Source: Occultella glacieicola
GTDB lineage: Bacteria > Actinomycetota > Actinomycetes > Actinomycetales > Beutenbergiaceae
DNA: 64,000 bases
Reading direction: 5' to 3'
NCBI RefSeq assembly: GCF_004353825.1
Contig: NZ_SMNA01000006.1
Location: 310,001 to 374,000, forward strand
Shown here in pieces: positions 48,952-60,425 of this stretch (its first letter is position 1; each line of letters starts with the position of its first letter). Below the pieces are notes generated by a model. That model made no database searches and was not told where the DNA came from. It saw only the letters and a program-made list of their open reading frames with translations. The translations under genes were made by a program, and so were the position numbers.

Positions 48952-51345
48952 TCACCCCTCCCGCAGGACTGCCACGCTCCATGGCATCACGGTGTAGTCG
49001 CCGGTCACGACCTCGGCCTCGGGCGTGGGGGCACCGGAGTCGTCGAGCCACACGTTGAACTCCGGTTCCGCCCACCCGGCCGTGTCGATGATGCGGCGCC
49101 AGCCGTCGCCATGCGGGCTGTCCGGGACCGCGAAGGTGACCTCCTCGGCGGCCATGTTGACCAGGAGCAGGTAGTCGTGGCCGCCCACCCCGGAGCCGTC
49201 GATGTGCACGCGCACCGCCCGGTCGCCCGCGCCGGGCCCAGCGGTCCCGTCCGGACGCGTGAAGAAGTAGGACACGTCGTCATCGTTGTGGTCCAGGTCC
49301 CCGTAGCGGGCCTGGCGCAGCGCCGGCTCGGCGCCGCGCAGTCGCGCGAGCGCGACCGCGAACCGGAAGTACGGGTTGACGTCCGACGGCGCCGCTGCCG
49401 TTCCGAAGTTGTCGTGGTAGCCGATCTCGGGTCGCGCCGGGTCGACCGCAACCCGGTGCGGGGCGTTCGTGGACACCATCGCGTAGTTGTTCCAGATCCC
49501 GATCGAGTTCAGGCTCCACGGGTTGTTGTTCCCGTTCTGGGTGCGGCCGAACTCGTCACCGGAGACCACCATCGGCACCCCGCGGGACAGGAACAGGATC
49601 GTCCAGAGGTTGCGCAGCCGGACCCGGCGCAGATCCCGGTCGCCGCCGGAGTCCCACGACCTGTTGTCGTCGCTGCCGCCGTCCGAGGGTCCGAACGGCG
49701 GCGGGCCGTCATTGACCTTGGCCGGGTAGCTGACCAGGTCCATCAGGGTGAACCCGTCGTGCGCCGTGACGAAGTTGACCGAGCGCTGCGGACCCCCCTG
49801 GTCGGCGAAGTGGCGGTGGTCGCCATTGAGCTTGCGCATGAACTCCTCGACGTTGCCGTCACCCTTGAGGTAGTCCCGCATGGTGTCGCGGTAGCGTCCG
49901 TTCCACTCGCCCCAGCCGGGCGGGAAGTTGCCGACCTCGTAGCCCCACAGGTCCCACGCCTCGGCGATCACCTCGACGTGCCGGCGCCGGGCGAACTCGG
50001 CAATCTCGACCAGCAGCGGATGCTCGGGGAAGAACCTGCGCTGCGCGGACCAGTCCTCCCGTTCGAAGGCGCTCGGGGTCCGACCGAGCACCGGCGCCAG
50101 ATCGAACCGGAAGCCGTCGACGTCCATCTCGTCGGCCCAGTAGCGCAGCGAGTCCAGGACCAGGGCCCGGCTGGCCGCGGAAGAGTGGTTCATCTGGTTC
50201 GACGTCCCGGTGGCGCCGTCGATGAGGCGGTGCTCGTCGGTCATCGAGTAGTACTCGGAGGCCGCGAATCCGCCGAGGCTGGTGAAGCCGGTCGTGTGCA
50301 GGTCACCGCCCCAGTGCCCACCCTCGCCGGTGTGGTTGTAGACCACGTCGAGATAGACCTCGAGGCCGTGGTCGTGGAACGCCCGGACCATCTCCTTGAA
50401 CTCGTGGGTCGGGCCGCCCGGATCCCGGTCGTAGGCGTAGTCGCGGTTCGGGGCGAAGAAAGCCAGGGTCTGGTAGCCCCAGTAGTTCGTGGTGCCGCCG
50501 TCGCCCGGTGCCGCGGTGGTGTCGCTGGCATGGACCGGGAGGAGTTCGACGGCGGTGAACCCGGCCGCCCGCAGGTAGGGCGCGAGCAGGCCCATCCCTC
50601 GGTAGGTGCCACGGAACTGCTCCGGGATGTCGACGACGTCGGCGAACCCGGGCACGCCGGCGAGGCCGGCGCGCAGGGTGCCGACCGAGGGGTGCGCCGT
50701 CGAGGTACGCACGTGCGCCTCGCAGATGACCGCGTCCTCGGCGCGGCGGCGGGGCCGCACCCCGGTGGCCGTCTGATCGTGCACGAGCACGGACTTCGGT
50801 GCCCACCGTCCGGAGTCGAGTTCACGGCGGGGACGTCCCCGGACGAGATCGCCGCCGGTGCCGAGCACCTCGGCACCACCCCGGTCGGCGGCCCGGGCAT
50901 CCTGGCCGGCGTGGGTGCCGGTGAGAGCCGGGTGCGACAGGTTGTGACTGATCTCGCGCGCGTACGGGTCGAACAGCACCTTGTTCGGGTTGAACCGGTT
51001 CCCGGACTCGTCGACGTCGGCGGTGAAGCCGGCGGCGCTGTCGCCACGCGCCCAGGTGGGCGCCACGTCCCACCCCGGACCCCAGACCCGGAAGGCGTAG
51101 TACACCCCCGGCTCGATGCCGCCGATCCGGGCGCGCCACACGCCGTCCGCACCTCGGGCGAGGTCCGACTCGGCCGCGGCGTCGGCGCCGACCGCCTCGG
51201 CGTAGAACTCCAGGAGCACCCGGGTGGCCCGCGGCGCGTGGACCGCGAACGACGCCGTCCCCGTGGCCTCGTCCCACTCGGCTCCGAGCGGCCAGGTGCC
51301 CTCGGACCAGCCCGCAGCGTCCTCGTTCGTGATGGTCAGCGTCAT
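48952..51345 (-). CDS. glgX: Glycogen debranching enzyme / isoamylase (GH13)
   Basis: WPLGA, DPYAR, VELLPVH, NYWGY, DVVYNHTGEG, DGFRFDLA, AEAWD, AHDGFTL, GNNN. Confidence 0.9.
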   Translation of the reverse strand: MTLTITNEDAAGWSEGTWPLGAEWDEATGTASFAVHAPRATRVLLEFYAEAVGADAAAESDLARGADGVWRARIGGIEPGVYYAFRVWGPGWDVAPTWARGDSAAGFTADVDESGNRFNPNKVLFDPYAREISHNLSHPALTGTHAGQDARAADRGGAEVLGTGGDLVRGRPRRELDSGRWAPKSVLVHDQTATGVRPRRRAEDAVICEAHVRTSTAHPSVGTLRAGLAGVPGFADVVDIPEQFRGTYRGMGLLAPYLRAAGFTAVELLPVHASDTTAAPGDGGTTNYWGYQTLAFFAPNRDYAYDRDPGGPTHEFKEMVRAFHDHGLEVYLDVVYNHTGEGGHWGGDLHTTGFTSLGGFAASEYYSMTDEHRLIDGATGTSNQMNHSSAASRALVLDSLRYWADEMDVDGFRFDLAPVLGRTPSAFEREDWSAQRRFFPEHPLLVEIAEFARRRHVEVIAEAWDLWGYEVGNFPPGWGEWNGRYRDTMRDYLKGDGNVEEFMRKLNGDHRHFADQGGPQRSVNFVTAHDGFTLMDLVSYPAKVNDGPPPFGPSDGGSDDNRSWDSGGDRDLRRVRLRNLWTILFLSRGVPMVVSGDEFGRTQNGNNNPWSLNSIGIWNNYAMVSTNAPHRVAVDPARPEIGYHDNFGTAAAPSDVNPYFRFAVALARLRGAEPALRQARYGDLDHNDDDVSYFFTRPDGTAGPGAGDRAVRVHIDGSGVGGHDYLLLVNMAAEEVTFAVPDSPHGDGWRRIIDTAGWAEPEFNVWLDDSGAPTPEAEVVTGDYTVMPWSVAVLREG

Positions 51346-51476
51346 CGGTCGTCCCTCCAGCTGCGGTGGCCCCCTCGGCCCAGCGTTGGCGGCGACGCTA
51401 TCCGGGCCCGATGAAGTCCGCACGGACATCACGTGAACCTCTCCCCTACCGGACGTGACCTGCGTCTCCCCGGTAT

Positions 51477-51524
51477 TAGTTGATGTGCCTCAACTATCGG
51501 CGTATAGTTGCTGTCGATCAACTA
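51477..51524. promoter_or_regulatory. Two tandem MarR-type operators
   Basis: TAGTTG-N8-CAACTA at 51477-51496 and 51505-51524, upstream of the MFS-marR pair. Confidence 0.75.
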
Positions 51525-51552
51525 ATTCTTCGTCGCTTAGGAGCACGCTCGC

Positions 51553-53394
<1,842 letters not shown>

Positions 53395-53395
53395 G

Positions 53396-53905
53396 ATGCC
53401 CACCATGACCCGGTCCGGATCCGATGTGGCGGCTGCCGCGTCGGGTCCGGACGACCCGGAACTGCAGGCAGCCATCCGTGAGGTGGAGATCCAGTTCTCC
53501 AACCTGTTCGTGCACGCCAAGCAGTTGTTCCGGCGCCGCGCGCTGGCTATCCACCCGGAGCTGTCCATCCTCGGGTACCGGATCCTCGGCACCGTCGTCC
53601 GCGAGGGCGCCCTGCAGCAGGGGCACATCGCGGAACGGCTCGAGCTGGACAAGGCCGTGGCCAGCCGGACGATCAAACATCTCGAGGACCTCGGCCTGGT
53701 GGAGCGAGCCCCGGATCCCCGTGACGGCCGCGCGTTCCTCGTCACCGCCTCCGAGTCGGGCCGGACCCGCTACGACGCGACCAGCGAGCGTGAGCGTGCG
53801 GTGCTCCAGGCGCGGCTCACCGAGTGGGGGGTCGAGGATCTCCATCGGTTCGGGGACCTCCTCGGCCGGCTCATCGATGGAATGGACCTACGCCCCGGGG
53901 AGTAG
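53396..53905 (+). CDS. MarR family regulator
   Basis: IAERLELDKAVASRTIKHLEDLGLVER..DPRDGRA. Confidence 0.9.
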   Translation: MPTMTRSGSDVAAAASGPDDPELQAAIREVEIQFSNLFVHAKQLFRRRALAIHPELSILGYRILGTVVREGALQQGHIAERLELDKAVASRTIKHLEDLGLVERAPDPRDGRAFLVTASESGRTRYDATSERERAVLQARLTEWGVEDLHRFGDLLGRLIDGMDLRPGE

Positions 53906-53963
53906 GTCCGTCTGCACCCGGCAGCGGACGACGCCGGACGCCGTGACGGCCTAGCGTGGTCTG

Positions 53964-55121
53964 GTGACCTGGGCCTGGGACGAGCACACGCGCGAGCGAC
54001 GGCGTCGCCGCGCGGCCGTGTTCGGGCCGGTCGCCTTGGCCATCGTCCAACTGTTCGGGACCTTCGGGGCCTGGCACAACCAGCCGGACAGCAGACCGCC
54101 CGGCCCGCTGGGGATCCTCCTGCTGCTGGCCGGCCCGTTGGCGCTCCTCGGCGCGCGGTGGCGCCCTCGCACCGTGCTGGTCGCGGTGCTCGCGATCACG
54201 CTCACCTACCTCGCCCTCGGCTTCCCGTACGGACCGGTGGTGCTCTCGCCCGCCGTCGCGGCCATCATCACGGTGGTCCGCGGTCACCGTACCTTCGCGT
54301 GGCTGGCCGCCGGCGCCACCCTGCTCGGCATCCAGGTCATCCGGGTGACCCTGCGCGAGGAGACGTTCACCTGGTTCGGCACCACGGCGACGGTGGCGTG
54401 GGCGCTGATCGTCCTCGGTATCGGTGAGCTCATCCGGCTCAACCGGGCGCGGCAAGCGGAGTTCCGGCGAGCCCGCGCCGAGGCGGAGCGGCGGCGGGTC
54501 AGCGAGGATCAGCTCCGGGTGGCTCGGGAGCTGCACGACGTGGTGGCCCACCACATGTCCCTCATCAACGTCCAGGCCGGGGTCGCGCTGCACCTGGTCG
54601 ACCGGCGCCCCGAGCAGGTCGAGCTCGCCCTCACCACGATCAAGGACGCCTCCAAGGAGGCGCTCACCGAGCTCCGCGCCTTGATCGGCGTGCTGCGCGC
54701 CGAGGGCGAGGGCGCCCCACGCGCGCCGGCAGCTGACCTCGGCGGCCTCGCCCCGCTGATCAGCCGCGCCTCCCAGGCGGGCGTCAGCACCACCCTGGAG
54801 GTGGTGGGCGACCTCGACGACGTGCCCGCCGCCGTCGGAACCGCCGGATTCCGGATCGTCCAGGAGGCGATCACGAACGTGGTCCGGCACAGCGGCGCGA
54901 CCCGGGCCCGGGCCCGGGTCCGGATCACGGTCACGGACTCGGCGTTGGAGGTGGCCGTCACCGACAACGGCCGCGGCCCCGGTCCGGCCCCGGTGCCGGG
55001 CAACGGCCTGCGTGGGATGGCCGAGCGCGCCACCGCCGTCGGCGGGTCGGTCCGGCTCACCGACGGGCCCGACGGCGGGGCTGCGCTGGTCGCTCAGCTG
55101 CCCTGGAGGACGAACTCATGA
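53964..55121 (+). CDS. Membrane sensor histidine kinase (HisKA_3 type)
   Basis: TM helices; LRVARELHDVVAH, QEAITNVVRH, DNG, GNGLRGM. Confidence 0.9.
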   Translation: MTWAWDEHTRERRRRRAAVFGPVALAIVQLFGTFGAWHNQPDSRPPGPLGILLLLAGPLALLGARWRPRTVLVAVLAITLTYLALGFPYGPVVLSPAVAAIITVVRGHRTFAWLAAGATLLGIQVIRVTLREETFTWFGTTATVAWALIVLGIGELIRLNRARQAEFRRARAEAERRRVSEDQLRVARELHDVVAHHMSLINVQAGVALHLVDRRPEQVELALTTIKDASKEALTELRALIGVLRAEGEGAPRAPAADLGGLAPLISRASQAGVSTTLEVVGDLDDVPAAVGTAGFRIVQEAITNVVRHSGATRARARVRITVTDSALEVAVTDNGRGPGPAPVPGNGLRGMAERATAVGGSVRLTDGPDGGAALVAQLPWRTNS

Positions 55122-55783
55122 TCCGCGTCGCGCTCGTGGACGATCAGGCGCTGCTGCGCGCGGGCTTCCGCGCGCTCATCGACGCCGAGGACGGCCTGGA
55201 GGTCGTCGGCGAGGCCGGTGACGGTCGCGACGCCGTCGACCTGGTCCGGCGCGCCCGGCCGGACGTGGTCCTCATGGACATCCGGATGCCCCGTCTCGAC
55301 GGGCTGGAGGCGACCGCCCGGATCACCGCGGACCCGGACCTCACGGACACCCGGATCATCATCCTGACCACCTTCGAGCTCGACGAGTACGTGTTCGAGG
55401 CGATCCGGCAGGGCGCGAGCGGCTTCCTGGTCAAGGACACCGAGCCGGTGGACCTGCTCGCCGCCATCCGCGCAGTGGCGTCCGGCGACGCGCTGCTGTC
55501 GCCGTCCGTCACCCGGCGCCTCATCGGCGAGTTCGCCCAGCGCAGCCGCGCGGCCGCCCCGACCGGGCACCTCGACCGGCTCACCGACCGCGAGCGCGAG
55601 GTGGTGGCCCTGGTCGGCGAGGGCCTGAGCAACGACGAGATCGCCCAGCGCCTGGTGGTCAGTCCCGCGACCGCGAAGACGCACGTGTCCCGGGCGATGA
55701 TCAAGGTCGGGGCCCGCGACCGTGCCCAACTCGTCGTGCTCGCCTACGAAACCGGCCTGGTCCGGCCCGGGTGGGCGCCCTGA
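55118..55783 (+). CDS. NarL/LuxR-type response regulator
   Basis: VDDQ, LMDIRMP, LTDREREVV..GLSNDEIA. Confidence 0.93.
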   Translation: MIRVALVDDQALLRAGFRALIDAEDGLEVVGEAGDGRDAVDLVRRARPDVVLMDIRMPRLDGLEATARITADPDLTDTRIIILTTFELDEYVFEAIRQGASGFLVKDTEPVDLLAAIRAVASGDALLSPSVTRRLIGEFAQRSRAAAPTGHLDRLTDREREVVALVGEGLSNDEIAQRLVVSPATAKTHVSRAMIKVGARDRAQLVVLAYETGLVRPGWAP

Positions 55784-55997
55784 CCGACCGGTCGGGTGTG
55801 GCCTGACAGGTCGGGTGGGGCGACCGGACCGGTCCCCATGCGGCCGGGTACTCCGTCGGGCGTAGCCCGACCCCCGCCTCTGCTCCCGGCGCGGCAGGGG
55901 AACTGCCTTCCCCCGCCCGACGACGCGGCCACCGGAACTCGCGAGGATCTGTCACGTCCCGAAAATCGGGACGGCACATTCCCCGAAGGAGCAGACC

Positions 55998-56273
55998 ATG
56001 AACACCCTCACGGACATCGCGGCCCAGCACGGGCCGATGTGGGCCGGTGGCGGCGGGCCGGGCTGGTGGATCGTCTTCCCGATCCTGTGGTTCCTGATCA
56101 TCGCCACCGTGGTCATCCTCGTCGGTCGCTTCGGCCGGCGTCGCTGGGCCGAGGCCCGCAGCGGCGTCGTCGCCGGGCGGTCCCGGCTGGCCGAGCGGTT
56201 CGCCAGCGGTGAGATCGACGAGCAGGAGTACCGTCGACGCCTCGCCGTCCTGGACGAGGTGCGTCGCACGTAG
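55998..56273 (+). CDS. Small membrane protein with SHOCT domain
   Basis: AAGGAG RBS; TM helix; LAERFASGEIDEQEYRRRLAVL. Confidence 0.85.
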   Translation: MNTLTDIAAQHGPMWAGGGGPGWWIVFPILWFLIIATVVILVGRFGRRRWAEARSGVVAGRSRLAERFASGEIDEQEYRRRLAVLDEVRRT

Positions 56274-56351
56274 CCGGACCCGGACCGCCGATGAGCGGTC
56301 CCCCGGAGCCCATCACCCGAGGGTGTGGCTGCGGCCACAGCGGCCGGAGCC

Positions 56352-56380
56352 ACACCCTCGACACCCTCGACACCCTCGAC
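56352..56380. repeat. Intergenic 9-bp tandem repeat ACACCCTCG x3
   Basis: Direct reading of the sequence. Confidence 0.8.
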
Positions 56381-56417
56381 ACGGTTGCCCCGACCTCACC
56401 CCACCTAAACTGGCCGG

Positions 56418-57209
56418 GTGAGGCGGTTGTGGGAGTCACCGGCGGTGCGGATCGGCGCCGCGATCTCCGTGGCAACCGGGCTGTACGGCATCTCGTTCGG
56501 TGCCCTCGCAATCGCCGCCGGGCTGAGCGTCGCCCAGACGATGGCGCTCAGCCTCCTGATGTTCACCGGCGGCTCCCAGTTCGCGTTCATCGGCGTGATC
56601 TCCGGTGGTGGGACCGGCTCGGCGGCGTTCGGGGCCGCCGCCCTGCTGGGACTGCGCAACGCGGTCTACGGCACCCAGATCAACCGGATGCTCCGGACGC
56701 CGTGGCCGCTCAAGCTCGCCGCCGCGCACGTCACCATCGACGAGTCCACGGCGACCGCCGTCGGACAGGAGGACCCGGCGGAGCAGCGTCGTGGCTTCTG
56801 GGTGGCCGGGATCGGCGTCTTCGCCCTCTGGAACCTCTTCACCCTGGTCGGCGCGTTCCTCGGCGGCGCGATCGGCGACCCCGCCCGGTGGGGGCTCGAC
56901 GGCGCCGCGGTGGCCGCGTTCCTGGGCCTGCTCTGGCCGCGGCTCAAGGGTCGCGAACCCGTCGCCATCGCCGTGGTCTGCGCGCTCGTGACCGTGCTCG
57001 CGGTGCCGTTCCTGCCGCCGGGCATCCCGATCCTGGTCGCCGGCCTGGTCGCCGCCGTCTGGGGCTGGATCAGCCACGGCCGGGCCGACGAGGGCCTCGA
57101 ACCGGACCTGGACCCGTACCGGGCCGATGGTCCCGGACCCGCCGCGGCCACCGAGATCCCCGACGACCGCCGGGGTCCCAGGGGCCCGCGAAGCGGTGAC
57201 CGGACATGA
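56418..57209 (+). CDS. azlC: AzlC family branched-chain amino acid exporter permease
   Basis: YGISFGALA, FTGGSQF, IDES, GLD. Confidence 0.88.
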   Translation: MRRLWESPAVRIGAAISVATGLYGISFGALAIAAGLSVAQTMALSLLMFTGGSQFAFIGVISGGGTGSAAFGAAALLGLRNAVYGTQINRMLRTPWPLKLAAAHVTIDESTATAVGQEDPAEQRRGFWVAGIGVFALWNLFTLVGAFLGGAIGDPARWGLDGAAVAAFLGLLWPRLKGREPVAIAVVCALVTVLAVPFLPPGIPILVAGLVAAVWGWISHGRADEGLEPDLDPYRADGPGPAAATEIPDDRRGPRGPRSGDRT

Positions 57210-57520
57210 GCGGGCTGTGGTTCTGGATCCTGCTCGGATGCGTGGTCGCCCTCGCCACCAAACTGGTCGGCCACCTGGTGCCGGCGCGGCTGCTCGAGGA
57301 CGAGCGGGCGACCCGCGTGGCGGGGGTCCTGACCATCGGCCTGCTCGCCTCCCTGGTCGCGATGAACACCGTCTCCAGCGGTCAGGAGGTGGTCCTGGAC
57401 GCCCGGCTCGGGGCACTCGTCGCCGCGGCGCTCGCGCTGATGCTCCGGGCCCCGTTCCTGGTGGTGGTGATCGTCGGCGCGGCGGCGGCCGCGCTGCTGC
57501 GCCTGACCGGGCTCGGCTGA
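57206..57520 (+). CDS. azlD: AzlD domain protein
   Basis: Small hydrophobic protein ATGA-coupled to azlC. Confidence 0.85.
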   Translation: MSGLWFWILLGCVVALATKLVGHLVPARLLEDERATRVAGVLTIGLLASLVAMNTVSSGQEVVLDARLGALVAAALALMLRAPFLVVVIVGAAAAALLRLTGLG

Positions 57521-57525
57521 CCGGT

Positions 57526-58002
57526 TCAGCCGCGCCGGAGCCGCCGGGGCAACAGCACCCACAGGCCGAGCAGGACCACGAGCGCCGACCCGGCCGCGAT
57601 CAGCGCGGCCGAGCGGCCCAGCACCACGTCGAACACGAACAGTGCGGTCCCGGTGATCACGAGCGCCAACGCGACCAGGCCGACCTGGGCGAGCCGGTTC
57701 CCGGCCGAGACGAGTTCCGGCTTGCGCCGACGCCGGAACAGCAGCCGGTGCAGGCTGACCGGCGCGACCACGAGGGCGGTCGCGACCAGCGCCAGTGCGA
57801 CCAGGACCAGATAGATCGCCACCTGATCGGGCCGCAGATCGGCGAAGCGCTGCTGGAACGGCAGGGTGAGCAGGAAGCCCGTGAGGATCTGGGTCCCGGT
57901 CTGGGTCACCCGCAGCTCCTGCATGAGCTCGTCCCAGTTCCGGTCGGCGCGCTCGGAGTCCGTCTCATCGCGGCCGTCGCGGTTCCCCTCCTGACTGTCC
58001 AT
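57526..58002 (-). CDS. DUF6328-like membrane protein
   Basis: ERADRNWDELMQELRVTQTGTQILTGFLLTLPFQQRF; APVSLHR. Confidence 0.82.
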   Translation of the reverse strand: MDSQEGNRDGRDETDSERADRNWDELMQELRVTQTGTQILTGFLLTLPFQQRFADLRPDQVAIYLVLVALALVATALVVAPVSLHRLLFRRRRKPELVSAGNRLAQVGLVALALVITGTALFVFDVVLGRSAALIAAGSALVVLLGLWVLLPRRLRRG

Positions 58003-58132
58003 CCGCCCAGTGTGCCGTTTCCGGGGGTTCGGTGCCCGCGCTGACGCCACGTGCTGGACGTCACCCGCGCCGCACCACGGACCGGAGTAGGTTGCCGGAG
58101 GAGCGGGCGGCCACTGGCCGCGGAGAGTGAGC

Positions 58133-59398
58133 ATGGTGGCAGTGGGTAGTACGCCGGAACGCCGGCTGTGGACGAGGGACTTCGTCTTCTCGATCGTCAC
58201 GAACTTCTTCATCGCGATGATCTTCTATCTGCTGATGACGACCATGGCGGTCTACGCCGTGGACCGGTTCCAGGCGAGCGAGACCGGCGCCGGGCTCGCG
58301 GCCAGCGGGTTCATCCTGGGCGCCGTAGTGGGCCGGGTGTTCGCCGGGAAGCTCCTCGACGTGCTGGGGCGCCGACGGATCCTGATGGTCAGCCTGGCGG
58401 TCTTCGTGGCCATGTCGCTGCTCTACATCCCGGCCCAGAGTCTCGGCCTGTTCATCACCGTCCGGGTCCTCCACGGGATCGCGTTCGGCGCCGGCACCAC
58501 CGCCCTGGCCGCTTCCGTGATGAGTCTGATCCCGCCGCTGCGGCGAGGGGAGGGCACCGCGTTCTTCGGCACCAGCAACACGCTCGCCACCGCGATCGGG
58601 CCGTTCCTGTCCCTCCAGTTGGTGGACGGCCCCGGCTACCCCACGCTGTTCGCCCTGTGCGCCGTGGTCTCGGCCCTGGCGATGGCGTTCGGCCTGCTCA
58701 TCCGGTTCCCGGTCCCGACCCTCTCGCAGGAGCAGCGCGCCGCGGTCCGGCGCCTGCACCCGAAGGAGTTCGTCGAGGTGAGCGCCCTCCCGATCGCTTC
58801 GATGATGCTGCTGGTCGGGCTCGCCTACTCGGGCGTCCTGACCTTCATCAACTCCTACGCCCAGGAGCTCGACCTGGTCGACGCCGCCAGCGCGTTCTTC
58901 ATCGTGTTCGCGGTCGTGACCCTCATCTGCCGCCCGTTCGCCGGCCGCCTCCAGGACGTCCGCGGTGACAACATCGTGGTGATCCCGGCGCTGTGTGCCT
59001 TCGCGGCCGGACTCGCGACGCTCGCCTACGCGCAGACGCCGGCGATGATGTGGACGGCGGGCGGCCTGGTCGGCCTCGGCTTCGGCACCCTGATGTCGAG
59101 CTCACAGGCGATCGCGGTCACGGCAGCGCCGGTACACCGGGTCGGCCTGGCCACCTCGACGTTCTACCTCGCGACCGACCTGGGCGTGGGCGTCGGCCCG
59201 ATCCTGCTGGGGCTCCTGCTCGGCGGCACCGACTACGGCACGATGTACGCGCTGCTCGCCGCGCTGGTGCTGGGCGCCGTCGGGCTGTACTACGCGGTCC
59301 ACGGCCGTGCCCACGCCCGTCGGCGCGGCGCGCTCCAGCAGGCCTCCGAGGACGACTCCCCGGAGGGGCCGGAGCCGCAACCTCCGGGGCATCCCTGA
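58133..59398 (+). CDS. MFS transporter
   Basis: LWTRDF, GKLLDVLGRRR, GRLQDVRG; about 12 TM helices. Confidence 0.9.
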   Translation: MVAVGSTPERRLWTRDFVFSIVTNFFIAMIFYLLMTTMAVYAVDRFQASETGAGLAASGFILGAVVGRVFAGKLLDVLGRRRILMVSLAVFVAMSLLYIPAQSLGLFITVRVLHGIAFGAGTTALAASVMSLIPPLRRGEGTAFFGTSNTLATAIGPFLSLQLVDGPGYPTLFALCAVVSALAMAFGLLIRFPVPTLSQEQRAAVRRLHPKEFVEVSALPIASMMLLVGLAYSGVLTFINSYAQELDLVDAASAFFIVFAVVTLICRPFAGRLQDVRGDNIVVIPALCAFAAGLATLAYAQTPAMMWTAGGLVGLGFGTLMSSSQAIAVTAAPVHRVGLATSTFYLATDLGVGVGPILLGLLLGGTDYGTMYALLAALVLGAVGLYYAVHGRAHARRRGALQQASEDDSPEGPEPQPPGHP

Positions 59399-59489
59399 TC
59401 GTCGTCATCCCATCGGCCGATCCCGACGCCGTCACAGGTCCCTCCGTGGCGGGACGAACGGCGCCACGGCACGCCGTTACGCTCGTGGG

Positions 59490-60425
59490 GTGCCCGAATC
59501 CACCCCAGTGACCGTCCTCGCCGGAGGCGTCGGCGGCGCGAAACTCGCCGAGGGTTTCGCCCGCGTCGGCGACGACCTGACCGTCGTCGTGAACACCGCC
59601 GACGACGCGCAGGTGTACGGGCTGTCCATCAGCCCGGACCTCGACACCGTCATGTACACGCTCGCCGGGATCGCGAACCCCGACACCGGGTGGGGCATCG
59701 CGGGCGACACCGTTGCCGTCCTGGACCAGTTGCGCCGGCTCGGCCAGGACACCTGGTTCACCCTCGGTGATGCCGACCTCGCGACCCACGTTTTCCGTTC
59801 CGACCGGCTGCGCCGCGGGGTCCCGCTCTCGATGGTGACGGCGGACCTCGCCGCAGCCCTCGGCGTGCGGGCCCGGCTGGTCCCGATGACCGATGACCCG
59901 GTCGCCACCCTCGTGGACACCCCGGCCGGCCGGTTCGGCTTCCAGGAGTACTTCGTCGCCCGCCGGCACGCGGACACCGTCACCGCGCTGACGTTCGACG
60001 GCGTCGCCGACTCCCGTCCCGCGCCCGGCGTTCTCGAGGCTGTGCGTGACGCGGACGTGGTCGCCATCGCGCCGTCCAACCCGTTCGTCAGCGTCGGGCC
60101 GATCCTGGCCGTCCCGGGTGTCCGGGACGCCCTGGCCACCTCGGGGGCCTGGCGGGTCGCGGTCAGCCCGGTGATCGCGGGCGCGGCGCTGAAGGGCCCG
60201 GCCGCGCAGATGCTCGCCGACCTCGGGCACGAGGTCTCCGCATTGGCCGTTGCCCGGCTCTACGCGGGGCTGATCGACGCCATGTGCATCGACGAGCGTG
60301 ACCGTGACCTCGCCCCTGCGATCGCCGACCTCGGCCTCCAGGTGATCGTCACGAACACCGTGATGGGCGATGGGCCCGACCGCGAGCGGTTCGCCCGCGA
60401 ACTCCTCACCGGGCGCGATCGATGA
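59490..60425 (+). CDS. cofD: 2-phospho-L-lactate / phosphoenolpyruvate transferase (CofD/FbiA)
   Basis: LAGGVGGAK, NTADD, SPDLDTVMYTL, WFTLGDADLATH, FQEYFV, PSNPFVSVGPIL, LKGPA. Confidence 0.9.
   Translation: MPESTPVTVLAGGVGGAKLAEGFARVGDDLTVVVNTADDAQVYGLSISPDLDTVMYTLAGIANPDTGWGIAGDTVAVLDQLRRLGQDTWFTLGDADLATHVFRSDRLRRGVPLSMVTADLAAALGVRARLVPMTDDPVATLVDTPAGRFGFQEYFVARRHADTVTALTFDGVADSRPAPGVLEAVRDADVVAIAPSNPFVSVGPILAVPGVRDALATSGAWRVAVSPVIAGAALKGPAAQMLADLGHEVSALAVARLYAGLIDAMCIDERDRDLAPAIADLGLQVIVTNTVMGDGPDRERFARELLTGRDR

Noticed and set aside
48646..51414. 922-aa plus-strand ORF
   Set aside because: Antisense shadow of glgX
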